From Phoronis australis (lineage: Eukaryota; Animalia; Phoronida): DNA of 54,864 nt. The notes below the pieces were generated by a model. That model was not told where the DNA came from and made no database searches. It saw only the letters and a program-made list of their open reading frames with translations. Below, one piece after another: positions 11,932-24,700 of the stretch; within the stretch, counting starts at the first letter, position 1; every line of letters begins with the position of its first letter. The translations under genes and the position numbers were made by a program. Location of the stretch: NCBI GenBank assembly GCA_002633005.1, contig NMRA01001051.1, forward strand, positions 1 to 54,864, in the 5' to 3' direction.

Positions 11932-14586
11932 CTTTAATACACACCCTCGTGATTTCCATGGTGAATTACAGCAAAATGAATGATGCAACTGTGTTTACAA
12001 ATAAAATTCTGCATTGACTGCAATCAACACTATATCACCTTGATTCTACACATCCATCTTTTCGTTTGCATTCGCCGTAACTTGAACGTGCAGCGACAAA
12101 CTGTTCTCGGTTCCTTAAGTAGGCTTATTGGAGTGTGTAGCGTTAAAGCGTTTGTAATAGCATATCTGACAATTTGAATTCTTATTTTAGATGATAGTTC
12201 TGTGTATACTACTTTCATCTATGTACTGTCTACAACCCAGATACAATGCTTCGTGATTTCTGGGTTTGTCGTTATTTCACTTGTATGATCTGTGTATGTT
12301 TGAGTAAATAAATATCACTGGGAAATATCTTGAGATCTGTTACACAAAAAAGGACTTAAGTTTTACAGAGAAAATTGGTTTTGAGCTCCGAACAACCATT
12401 TCAGAAATTATATTTAAACATCATTTGGATATGTAAATGCAAATTAATCCTAATTTAGAGGAATTCGAAAACTGTACTGAAGAAAGGACATGAAACTCCA
12501 AAAAACATACAATTGGTGGCATCAGCTACTTGTTTTAACCTGTAGTCAGGTACATGTATTGTGACCCGTAGGAGCCCATCACCCAACCCAACGAAATTTC
12601 AGGTCTTTTCTGAGAAACGTCAACGCGAAGTTCGAATCTACCTAAGGCTCAACCGGGATAAAACATTATAGCTAATACTAAAGAAAATGAAACGTAGAAG
12701 GCTATCGGCACGGGGAATAGAAAAATTGGTGATGACCGGGGCGTGGTGAGCAAAGTGAACCAATACACAATTTCGCACCAACCCTTAAGGATAGCTGTCC
12801 ACGGACGGTTGTCTACAGACATTGTGCACAGGATAACCACCTTCACTTAAAAGTGAAGCTTAGGCCCACAAATCTAAGTGCGAAAAATACAAATTACCGA
12901 TCTTAAAAGAGGCCTGAACTACATGTTTCAGCATATTAATATGAATTTGAAAGTATAAAGGTTGGTTACTGGCATTCACATATTCCTAAATGGTGCCCCA
13001 CTGCAAGCGCTGTTTTTTCTTGACGTCACTGGGGCTGTACAGCATAAAGATATATCTATATACCTATAGCATGTCGTGAACACATCCACTAAAACAAGAA
13101 ACTGTAGGAACACCGCATTTATCCACCTTCACTCTTATCAGGCTTCTATTGTGAGTCAGCATGCGTGAATAATTGGCTGATAAGCCACCTCTGGAACTAC
13201 TTTGGGCTGAATGGATGACCAGGCCATAAAATGATAGTTAGCCAAGACCAGTTACTATAATGCAACAAAGAACAAGTAATAATGTCTTGCATCACCTAGC
13301 CTTGGTGGAAAGCTGTATACTGTATTGGCTCAAACAAACGCTTAGAAAAATTCATTTCACGGGGAGGGGACGCTTATTGTAGTGAGCCTACGGCAGTTGA
13401 AACCCGGTTTCCCAAACGGGTAAAATCGGAAGCTAGGATTCATCAAATTTACGCTCTGTGACGTATTTGTAGCCTATGACAGCCTTTCTACAAAATTGTG
13501 GTGCATTGCTATCAACTTCCGTTGTTAAATTACGATAATTTTTCAAAAAATTGTGCTCATCACAGGGCGAAAACTTGCCGACTGATGCGTCGCTGAATCG
13601 CGATCGTCAATAGGAAAACTTGTACTCTTGAATAAAAATATAGTTTCGACTCAACAAATTACCTGAAATCTTCCTGATGTTTTACAATTTTTAAAGTTCC
13701 TGTGGAGTCCAGATTAATTGCGATTAAGTCCAAATGTGCGCTACATCGTACTCCACAACACGAGAAAAATCTCTGGATGAACACACATGTTGTTGTCACG
13801 TGACGTTTGTTTTGAAGGTCGTCTGCGTATGAGAGTGAGTGAGCGTGCGTGTGCGGGTCATCGACGATAGACTTTTTTGTTACAAAAGGCGGAGGATTAT
13901 GCAAGAAAATGGCGTTTACTAGATTGTTTTTCACTTAAACGGCTGTAACGTGCAAGGTGAGTGCGCTCGCAGAGTCACATCTCGGAAGTTTCCGGTTTGA
14001 CGGATGACAAAGAACGATCTCAATGAAATTACACAAAGTCGTTTTAGAGCTTGTAATAGCTATACAAAACGTATTTTGAGTATTAAAATGCATTTTTTCC
14101 AAAACCTAAATAACACACGGAGTAGTTCTACATTTATACAATCCTAACTTGGGTCCTATATTTTTGTATTCGTGCGCGCCGAATGAAAGTAATCGTGAGT
14201 GTTTCTGTGTTGCAAAATCTCTTATCCTGGGCCGATTTGAAAAATTCAAAGTTGTATTCGTATTTGTTTTCGCTCCTCTTTTCAAATATTACAGTAAAAA
14301 CTACGTAAAATTCTCTCCATAAAAAGTACAGTTGTTAGGCTAGACTGTAATCAGCTGATCATATCCGCATGAGCGAAGTCAATTATCCTCGCTCGTGACT
14401 CGATGAATAGAGCAGCTTGGCGGCATCCCTTTGACCATGAGCCGAGCGCGTCTCAGCCAAGGTGGATAAATACGGTCTAGTTCAATTTTCCATACCCCGC
14501 CGTTTACCTTAAACACCGGGGTTAGAACCAATTTTATTTAGTGGGAATGTTCATAGCATGGGTCATTTGCCGTGCGAGTACGGAGT

Positions 14587-15227
14587 GCAGAATGGTGAAT
14601 GTTGGCCAATTCCCCTTTTGTCCACTTACGTCACAAGCATACTGGCGCCCCCAGTAGCGGCCCTGAGAACTCGTAACTAAACCGAGTTCATGAACCCGGT
14701 AGTATCCAGCCTGGCAACGGCCGAGCCAAGCTGGCCGGCGAACGGACTTGTATTTATTGTGGGACGTTGAGTATCGTTTTTTTTTCTAAAAACATGATGC
14801 ATGGTATATAATAATGAATGGTATATAGTATCAATTAATTATGACTGAAAGATTCCTTTTTAGTCGAGCGTAAACGAGGCCGTTTCGCGTGGGGATAAAA
14901 CCGGGCTTTGCCGTGTGTAACAAAGAAAAAACCGGGCTTTGCCGTGTGTAACAAAGAAAACATTTGGATGGTGTTGAAGGATCGCGAGAATGAATATTCC
15001 AATTTTCTTAATTTATTGGAACAATATTAATTTTCTGAGAGGTATGACATGCAACATTATTTAAAAAACACACTAAAACATAGCGACTCTGGAAAAATCA
15101 TAAAAAATACTTTAACCGCAGTCACCAGCATGCTTCTTTACGAGTTCTCAGGGCCTCCACTGGGGGCGCCAGTATGCTTGTGACGTCAGTGGACAAAAGG
15201 GGAATTGGCCAACATTCACCATTCTGC
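14587..15227. mobile_element. MITE with about 90-bp TIRs and perfect 9-bp TSD (Mutator/MULE-like)
   Basis: GCAGAATGGTGAATGTTGGCC... pairs with ...GGCCAACATTCACCATTCTGC; GTACGGAGT directly flanks both ends (14578-14586, 15228-15236); internal tandem duplication of about 30 bp at 14897-14960. Confidence 0.9.
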
Positions 15228-18200
15228 GTACGGAGTACAGTCGACGGATCAACATGTGCATACTCACAACCTCTTTCGTTATTCTTTCCATGACTTTGAT
15301 TCATCCCAGCCAGCTAGCTGTATGAAAACATTCTTCAAAATACAACTAGGTACCAGTAGCACTGTGTGTCATTGTTGAGCTCCGTTAGACTCCGAGATTT
15401 CACATAGCCCGGGTAGTTCTGCTCGTCACCTCGTCGCTAAATTTATATCAACATGTAGAGCTCTAACCGGACAGGGAAGCGTGCAAAAATCTGGGTGTCA
15501 ACCGACACTCACCTTGCCCGCTGGAGCCATTTAAGTGAAAAACCATCCAGTAAGCGTTTCTTTATTTCATTATTCTCAGCCTTTTGTAGCAAAGAAAACG
15601 GTACATGTACGATCACTGACACACGCTATTTCCTAAAATTTTGCGACATCTGTCGGGAAATCATGACACCTTCGCAGAAGCAAAAATGTTTTCATGAAAT
15701 TCGGTTTCCTGGTATTAAATTACGAAAAATGACTTGTAAGGAAATGAAATCAGGTCTAGTGATTTGTTATGGCACGTACACAACTTCGAAGAACAGTTCC
15801 ATTGCTTGGAAGAGGAACAACTCGGGGAACGAAACTGTCCTTGAGGCAGCACGTGACGGCGCCTAGCCGACCCTAAAGAGCGCACACAAATTTTAGCAGC
15901 AGAGTGGACGGCAGAACGCCAATGTTTTCAACACCAGTCAATAATTTAGTATACTCAAAGAAGAGTGTAATTTTTAATGACCCTAATTTTGTGTCAGATT
16001 TTATTCGATCACTGAGTTTTACCCACGTCAGTGCAACGGCCGCTGTTTATTTACTATACAGCTTGCACCAAGGCAAGGCTACGCAGTCGGGGCTCTTTCC
16101 GGGCCCGTGCCGAGAATGGCATCAGTCAACACTACAAGACAGTACACTTGTATTATGAACTTTTGAGAGCCGAGATCGCACAGGAGTTATGCACATTAAC
16201 CACAGTTCTGTAGCCGAGAAGCATTCAACCAATGAGCTATATAATAAGCTTGATTTAACTTACTGCCTTCACCCACGTTACAGCCTCAACTGACGTCAAT
16301 AGTAATAAACATTGGAAAAACGCTTTTTTACAAAAATGTGAAAGAGTAACGAAGATGTGATTTCTGATATAGACTTCATTCATAAATTAAATTACATTAA
16401 AAATGCAAGGTATTGTACTTCAGGAACGTTTTAAATAGCAAGGTGCATGAATCTTAATGTGCCGAAGTTTCGCCCGAAGTCAAAATAACTGCGGCTCATC
16501 GGTTCCGAATATGAACTGTGTCAACTGACATCAGTTTTCAGACGGATTTGGTGCAATCGGCCCACCGTAATTAATATTTTCATTATTTTCAAATCATGTT
16601 ATTGGTGTCGGCCTCTTTATCTGCCACGTCGTTGGAAGGATCATTGTGAAATTCATTAGATGGCTTGTGTTTGCATTAAGATGAGCACAACTGACCGTGA
16701 CGGATGCATTTTTAAGGCGGCCCATAACCATCCTGATATGTTCTGTTTCGGCCTCATTAATTGCCAAGTTTTTGTAGGGTTTCCATGAAATTTGGTGTGT
16801 GTGTGTTTGTACTGAAGGGAGAACGGACATAGTTGTTTTTGGGTTTACGCCGATCCACTGTAGCGATCTCCAATTATAATTTAGGTTTTATTTACGTTTT
16901 CCTCATGAAATTAAACAATTACGTTCTTATGAGAGAGACGGAGGCACCTGCACAATTTCTATCGGGTTGAATCAAGTCTGCTCACTTTATTGGCCACTTT
17001 TATTATTTTTGGCGCCGGGATCCCTCTACGGCAAACTGTTTGAAGAATCATCATCAAGTTTGCTGGTGTTTCCCATTGAGGAAAACATGACCGACGTAAA
17101 TTTTGAAGAAATCCATGCAGAACATCCCAGCGGCAATTTAGGTGTAGCTTTCTCCGCGGGTTCTTAACCTATCTCTATGAAAATTGGCATGCTTGATAGT
17201 TGACAACAGAGACTATTGTTGAATTTCAGACAGATCCGGATACTATGGCGACACTGTGGTGCTAATTTTATGTCAATGCTTCTCTCAATACCCTTGACGG
17301 ATCTTTCATTAAATTTCTCGTCTGCGATTCGGTGCTCCCTTGTAATTGAATTGTGTTTGTCTCAACATATACCAATATTGTTCATGTACCTTCGTGAAAT
17401 TTAGCGTATGATCAGTGCCGATTGACTAACGCCCGAGTGGTGATGAATTTGAACTGATCTGACAGTAGTGACAAACTGACACTGTGTCTGCCTTGATATC
17501 AAGCAAATTATGGACAGGTGTCCATGAAAATTTTTCTTACCTTTTCTAGCATGTAGTAGCTCAATAGGAACTCTCAGCCAGTTTTTGACAAACATTGCTA
17601 TCTGTGTAAACACAAAGAAATTTTCAAGTGCATAATGATTATATTTACCAAAGGACCGTCATTGAATTACAAAATTTCTGCAATAGGATAGTTCACAGTA
17701 ATACAACTTATTTCAATTAGTCTTGTTAGCAGGCTAAGCTACCACACTATGACAAGTTTCCTCGACTTTGGTGATACTTGGCAGCAACAAAAACAATCCC
17801 AAGACATTACTTGGATATTTAAAAAAACTGAAAAAAAAATTTCGAAGAAAGCCCTCAAGTCTATCGAATACTGGCGCAGTTTTGACGACTAGATTTTAAA
17901 ACAATGCGGGTTGGTTGCAACATACATTAGATTATAAACAATAGATTCGCAACTTCGACAATTTCTTGCAAAATATCCTAGTGGAGGCGCCACAATATAA
18001 ACATAGCAAACTCAGCTTCCGGGTGGTGTATTGTGCCGCAAAATTCTTGCATCTAATTTACCAGCGGCGGATTTAAGGGGGTCAAGGGGGCCGTGGCCCC
18101 GTAAAATAGTCTCCCAGAATCACGTTGGCAGTTTGGGGATTGCGCATGACTGACGGGCAAAGTCCTGACTGATTTCGGCATTGAAAAATTAACCAAAATC

Positions 18201-18575
18201 TTCCAATATTAGAGTCAAGAAATTTTGAGCAGTGCCAGTGTGCATCGGAGCACGTAATCTGCTGTTGAAATGCGAGATAGATTTTGAGTGGGCCTGGTGG
18301 TTATTTCTGGAGTATTAATGTGAGCGTTATTTAAGAAGTTAACGTTTTACGAGCGTTCAATTTACTTAACCACGTACATGTATGTGAGTTTGGCAAAATC
18401 GCCGATTCAAATCCCGACGAAATTACCATTATTAGCAGACGACATACTTGGCAGAAGTAAAATGGGCTATCTCTGCCACTTATGCGTAAGATCACAGATT
18501 TCGTCCATTTATAAAATGCAGAGTTGACAGTTCATTTACGATAGTCTATGGGTGCAGCAAGTCACTGCATGGGCT

Positions 18576-18721
18576 CTAGTCGACGGGGAATACTTCGTTA
18601 ACCAACAAACGGCTAGTCGACTCCCAAGCTGTGTAAGCATCGTTGTAGCTATGTCCAGGACACGTCTGCAGGTATAATCTAATGTTATAGCTCCCTGCTG
18701 GAAGTTCGCAGTATCCGCCAA
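18576..18721 (-). CDS. Gene A terminal exon: CTHRC1-like domain 3, last part and stop
   Basis: ttacag|[48 protein letters not shown]; DA.T.W.S.SR...E motif, TAG stop. Confidence 0.9.
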
Positions 18722-21700
18722 CTGTAAAGGAAAGAATTAGAATATATTCATGATGGTTTATTTCAGAAAACATCTGAGGCCGCAACAAGAGCAGACTTCT
18801 ACCCACGCGGTTGGTCTGCGTTCCGTTGACTCAAAACACTAGCGAATCACTCTGTGACAAGAACTGTTGCCTTATGGAACTGAAGCACTGATTTGTAACC
18901 CATGGTCCATCATTCCAGTTTCAAAGGCCAGTCCCGTCACTGGACATCGTTTTCTACGGTACGCTATTAACTGAGTTACCAAATAAAATGCACTCGTTTT
19001 TCAATCGCGTAATTTTGTAGGAATTTGCTTAACCTTGTTTTTCTGACCGTTTTGCCTCTAGGGAATGCATCCCTGAGCTTTGCACTAGCCTAGGTCGGTT
19101 AGCGTAATCTGTGATAATTTTAATTTCCTAAATAAGCAGAGTGACCAATGACTTATTTATTGTTTAAACTTTTATAAAGAAGTCTGTTAAAATTGACACC
19201 TGTCGGTGTTCTACTGTCCTTAATAATAACAGTAATGCCAATACAGAGTGGCAGGAAATATCGTTTAAGAACTCTTTGCACTAAGTTTTATTGCTCCAAC
19301 AATCCGCTCTATCTGTTCACAGATGTTAAAATATCTGCAATTTTATTTCGGCTTATCTTAATAGGAGTTAGCATTTCTCTAATAGGAAATCACCCTCTTT
19401 AAACACAAGTACACAGCCTCGTCACGTGTGACAATAGTCTGTGAAAGCGTAGCAGCTTCGAGACAATACTCACAGATTGAAGCATGATGTTGATTATCGT
19501 CCACGTTGTCCGTCCTGTGGAACAATCTTTGATAAACTAGTGTTGAAATAGGTCCAGGTGTTGAACATTCGGCTCCGTTGAAGGTCACGTACCACCGGGA
19601 ACATCCGGGTGTGCTGTAGGACGATTCGTACTGCCGAAGATCTCCGCTGTACTGTACCGCTAGCATACTCTGTGATGACTTCTTGGTGTATGTGACCGAC
19701 TGCGGACAACATTGAATTGATGTGAAAATCTCACTGAATAAAAACATGAGCGTTATACCATAATATGAAAGTCATGCGATGTGCACCTGTTGGTCCTACT
19801 CAGATTGAGACCCCTACCTGTTTCAAATACAGCAGTTCGTATAACTAGCAAACACATTGGATGAGGTTTGCAACCCTAGGTTTGACCTATGTGCAAGTGC
19901 AATTAAGTATGCAGATACGGATTAAGGGGTCCAGTTTTCCGGTTGCAAAAGACAGTCCCAAATAGGCACTCAGCCAAGTTTCCAAAATCTACTGCGTATT
20001 TGCTGACTAGTGAAAACACTGATTGTCCTATCTTATGCTGTTTGAGTATCATTACTTTGGCAATTTTGTTTCCATACAAATCGGGATTGAGCTCTACACT
20101 GAATTATCAATATTTTTGAAAATAATTGGTGATCATTTCATGCAAAGCCCCAAATTAAAGGACTACGTCCCTAAATATTTTGATTGACTGGAAGACTCAT
20201 TTTTGTTATATTAATAGAAAAGGCCATTAGTCAAAAAAGATAAAGATATATAAATATCATATCGGGGGGTGTCTCGGGGAGCTCAAACGAGCTCTGCGGA
20301 GCAGAATGAACACATTAATTAGCTCCACAGGCTTTAAAAAGGCAAAATTTGACTTAATAAGGGATTAAAAATTTATTGCGTCATGCTTCTATTACTAAAA
20401 TATCTTCATATCGTCGACATTCAGCTCGTAGGCTACAGTTCACTGCACTCCCACCCTCCTTCATTTGTGCAATGTTTTTTGGACTACTGTACAGGGGTAT
20501 TGCTTGTAAATTTTTGAAACTTTTTAAGATATGTTTTGTTTAATAATTGAAAATCAAAGTCAATTAGCATGTGAATAGTTTTCCAGTAAAGTGACAAATC
20601 GGGGAACTGCAGCCGTGTTCGAACACTAAGCAAAGGTCAATGACAATTCATGTTAGGAGCGCATTGTTGGGGATAAAAATGTTTTGTTTGTTGAAACGTG
20701 TATTTTTTATCTTTCAACAGCCAGTAAAGCCGGTTCCGATTTGCTGTCAAGTTACGGTACGAAATGCGCTGTGGGTAATCACACGGCAATTGCTCTTACT
20801 TTGCATTAGTTTCTCGATATGGCGCTGAAGAAAAGACATTTGCCGATCTAGAAAGGTTTTTCTACTAGTTCATTACCAGAAATGGTGCTGTTGTTGAAAT
20901 TTGACGTCCCATCGCGATGACTCAGGACACTCCAATAGTGTTGGCTGAGGGAGAGGCGGCGTATTCATAATTTGAACTTAGGATTGTATTAAATACCACT
21001 CGTCATTCATGTATGTAATGAACTGATAAAATGTGGACAAAAATAATCAGTTTCGTACAATAAGAGCCAGAACCAGAATCAAAAACAACCTAACAAAAGA
21101 ATGATGCGTACATGTATACACGCTCACGGTGATATCAATACGTTTTCAAGGACAACAAGGCCGTCTTTCAGGTATCGTTCCTTAACTGATGCCAAGGAAT
21201 TAACGTCACGAAAATATACGGAAATAGCCGATGACGTTTTTGATATCGGCCGAGGTACAAAATTGTGCTTAAAAAGGCTTTTAGTTTGATAACAGAGCAG
21301 ATGTAAACATTATAAAATGTTACATATTACTTTATCTCGTATAACTTTTAGAGTTTTTGAACTACAGTATATTAAGACTTTGAGATAAGGAATTTAATCA
21401 ATTTTGCTGTGTCACTTGGTCAGTTTGGTTTCCGTTTTGTCAAGACATCATGAAAGTAATAGCAAGAAATTGGCGTAACCTATCTTTCTATTTTGAAAAC
21501 CAGTTCAATCTATTGAGATTTTTAAATAATTAATTAAATACCATATTTAACAACGTTTGAACATGTCAAAAGTACCGTTGCTTGAACTGTCATTTTTGTA
21601 GTTTTCTCTTGACTCAACGCTTTTGAACAAATATCCAAGTCGGGTTAAATCATGTTGGTCAGACAGATCACGTGGTACACACTGTTAATCTTGAAAAAGC

Positions 21701-24700
21701 GAGGTTTTCGCGTAAGTTAGAAAGATACATGGATGCGCTTTAAGAGCAGGCAGATTCACCTTCCGACTAGACTATTTACTCACAAACGCTCCGACATGCC
21801 CACTGTCGATTCCGTTGTTCACTGCCCACCACCACCACTGGTGAAAGTTGTACTCGGGAAGTCGCTGGACACTACCGTCACGTGTCACAACTGTTGGAAA
21901 AAATAAAATACAGTGTGCTAGGCATTCCCTACAAGTCATAATAAAAAATCGTTGGAGCGTGACGACGTAACATACCAGATACCCTCATGCTTCTCATAAT
22001 AGTCTATGTATATACCCTGTAAGGCTCATAAATTAGGAAATCAAAAATTACTGTGTCAGTGCATGTTAGCATTTTGCAGTCCGTGACAAATTTTTGACTA
22101 CATGGTCTTATTAATGCCAAACACAGACAAAAGAGGTAAAAGTACCACCAAAACATGTACTTACAGAATTTAAAACTCGATTTCGTTTAAACATCTGTAC
22201 CTGCACTGATGTCAAGGTCATAACGAATCTCCTCCACGATGATTTTACTTCTGGAGTTCCAGCCCGTGTAGCCATCCATTGAACCTGACTTTCTGGCAAT
22301 GTGAATCTGAATCGATCTCCGTCCTGCTGCGATGTTATCGCACAAGCCTTCAACTGCCAGAACAAACAGAAATCATAAATTTTGGGATAAAACTGTTTTA
22401 TATGTTTCACGGTGTCTTTAGAGTTCCAGAAAGGTTAGAAATCCTGTTGTCTAGAGGCATCTCAAGTTAAACGGACCCTTAGTTTTCTTATATCTTAGAG
22501 TCCGGAAAGACCACAGCGGTGGATGCAATGTTACTCGACTGGTGAAAGACGTTATACCTTTTACGTCTGATCATCAAACGTCTAGGGAAAACGCCGAATA
22601 AAGGACGAATGCTTAGTACTTTAGCATTGCAGTAAAAGGATCGAAATATGGAAAGTTTTGAATAGACGTTTTGGCAGATTTCACGTCGTATTTCGTTGAA
22701 GACATTGCTGATTGTTGTAAAATATTTTCTGCATTAAGGACTTACCTTTACCGAATTGCTATGGTAATAAATCTTGTCACGGTAGTCTATATTTTAAGTT
22801 CTGACTAATCTCTGAAGAACACACTAAGGAAACCGTGAGAGAACCACTAAAGTCGGACACCATGTCGCCACTGGCAGGCTAACAATATAATGGCTGTCAA
22901 TTTCAGCAAGTTTACTTTAGTAAATTTGCTGTTAGAAAGTATCTCTATTTTTAATAAAATTATCAGAGAATGTAGTTTGTGTTTAAGGAATGCATTTCTA
23001 TCAATCAGACCAAAGCAATGCCACTGCAGGGTAAAATGGCTCTTTATTCTCTTGGCGTGTTGCTACATGTAGCAGGTGTGCTTCCTGGGTTTAAATTACT
23101 AGTTTCTAAAGAGAAATGAAAATGACACGGTTGTAGATTTTTATTTCATTCAGGTGTTTTCGTGATGAAGAAAGATTTCATGGCATCAACTGTTACATGT
23201 ATAATCCTATAATGCGATCGTTCATATTGGTCCCACTCGGGGATTTAAACTGCACCCTCTCTCGGTAAAATCAAAACGAAACAACACTACAGAAACGAGA
23301 TGGCACTAGAAGCTGAATGCATTGCAACGGAACGGACAGTCATGTGTTTCTCAGATTTTTTTTCAAGTAAGACTTGAGGAACTTCGGATTTTTCGGTACT
23401 GTCAGTGCTTAAAGGCGAAGGCAACATTTTTGTGTAATTTTTAGCAAAATTAGATTCGTTGATTTTCCCAGATATACTTTTCCCTTAATTACACCTTTTT
23501 AAAATTAAATCAATTACTCGTCCTTTACTCCGGAAGTGACGTTTTGGGAGACAATAATTTTGCGCCATTTTCTTTTCATATAGTCAGAATGTGAGAAATG
23601 AAAAAACTTTGCCTTTGCCTTTAAGAAATAACTTCATGATGAATGCAGGAATAAACAGAGAACGAAACCTAAGCCAAGCAAGACGTCAACATCAAATTTC
23701 CTATTGTTGAAACTGACAACAAAAACGATTTGGCACTTGGTATATAGTAACTGTCAACACGTGTTCAGTAGAGATCAATAATATTTAACTCGGCAGGGTG
23801 CAACGAGCCTGCATTCGGAGGTCTAAAGGACGGCAATTAGTGTTTGCCAGCATGCCTGCAAAAATCATCATCGAACGACAGCCATTGCGAGGTGTCCAGA
23901 AACCCTCCTTCAGACGTTCAGGAAGTTAGAAGACAAAACATTTTTAACGTAAGGTATATTCACGTCCACTTACTTCCTCCGGTTCCATCATAGGTGTGGT
24001 CAACAACGTTGCCGTCCCAGTGGGCGTAAATGCCATCTATGAGGCCAGGACTAGTACAATCGTGGCCGTCAAACCGAATAAAGTAGCGCAGGGCGCCTTG
24101 TTGGTACATGTAAATATTGGAATGAAATAGAACGCGAATGGCAGTGTCGGATGCTCTTTTGTAGTAGTGGTACGTCTGAAATACAGCCGGAGACTTTGTG
24201 AGGAAAACAAATATAGCAATGCAAGTTCAAAGTATAGGATTACGGTTATCCCAAAATGGCACCCTAGCCTTTGCTTCTTAAATATTTACTTCGAAATAAT
24301 TAACAGTAGTAAAGAATTCTTTTCAATACAAAACTATTGTGAGTAAATGACGTTTTTACCAAACTGGGAAATGGTAATGATCGTTCGCTGCCTTTTTTTT
24401 TGGGGGGGCTGTTTAAAATTCGCTTCAATAACACTTACAGGCAGGGAGAAAAGTTGTCAATCATTCCACTTTGTTCGTCACTAGAGATGCATGTTACTGA
24501 TATTATCTGTAGTTCCTGCCGTTAGTTCCTCAATGCTGTTTGGACTATTGGTATAAATGACATTCCAAATATCTTCGTGAATATACGTTAAGAGGACTCA
24601 AACCCAGGGCTGATGATCTACCATACAAATCCTTAAAAACTTAAACACAGTAAGATAAAAGTGTCTTTTAAGTTTTTGCTTCTTAATATTTTCAAGAGGT

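Noticed and set aside
9000-18500. ORF-track entries between the two genes
   Set aside because: They overlap MITEs or low-complexity DNA and have no protein-like signal.
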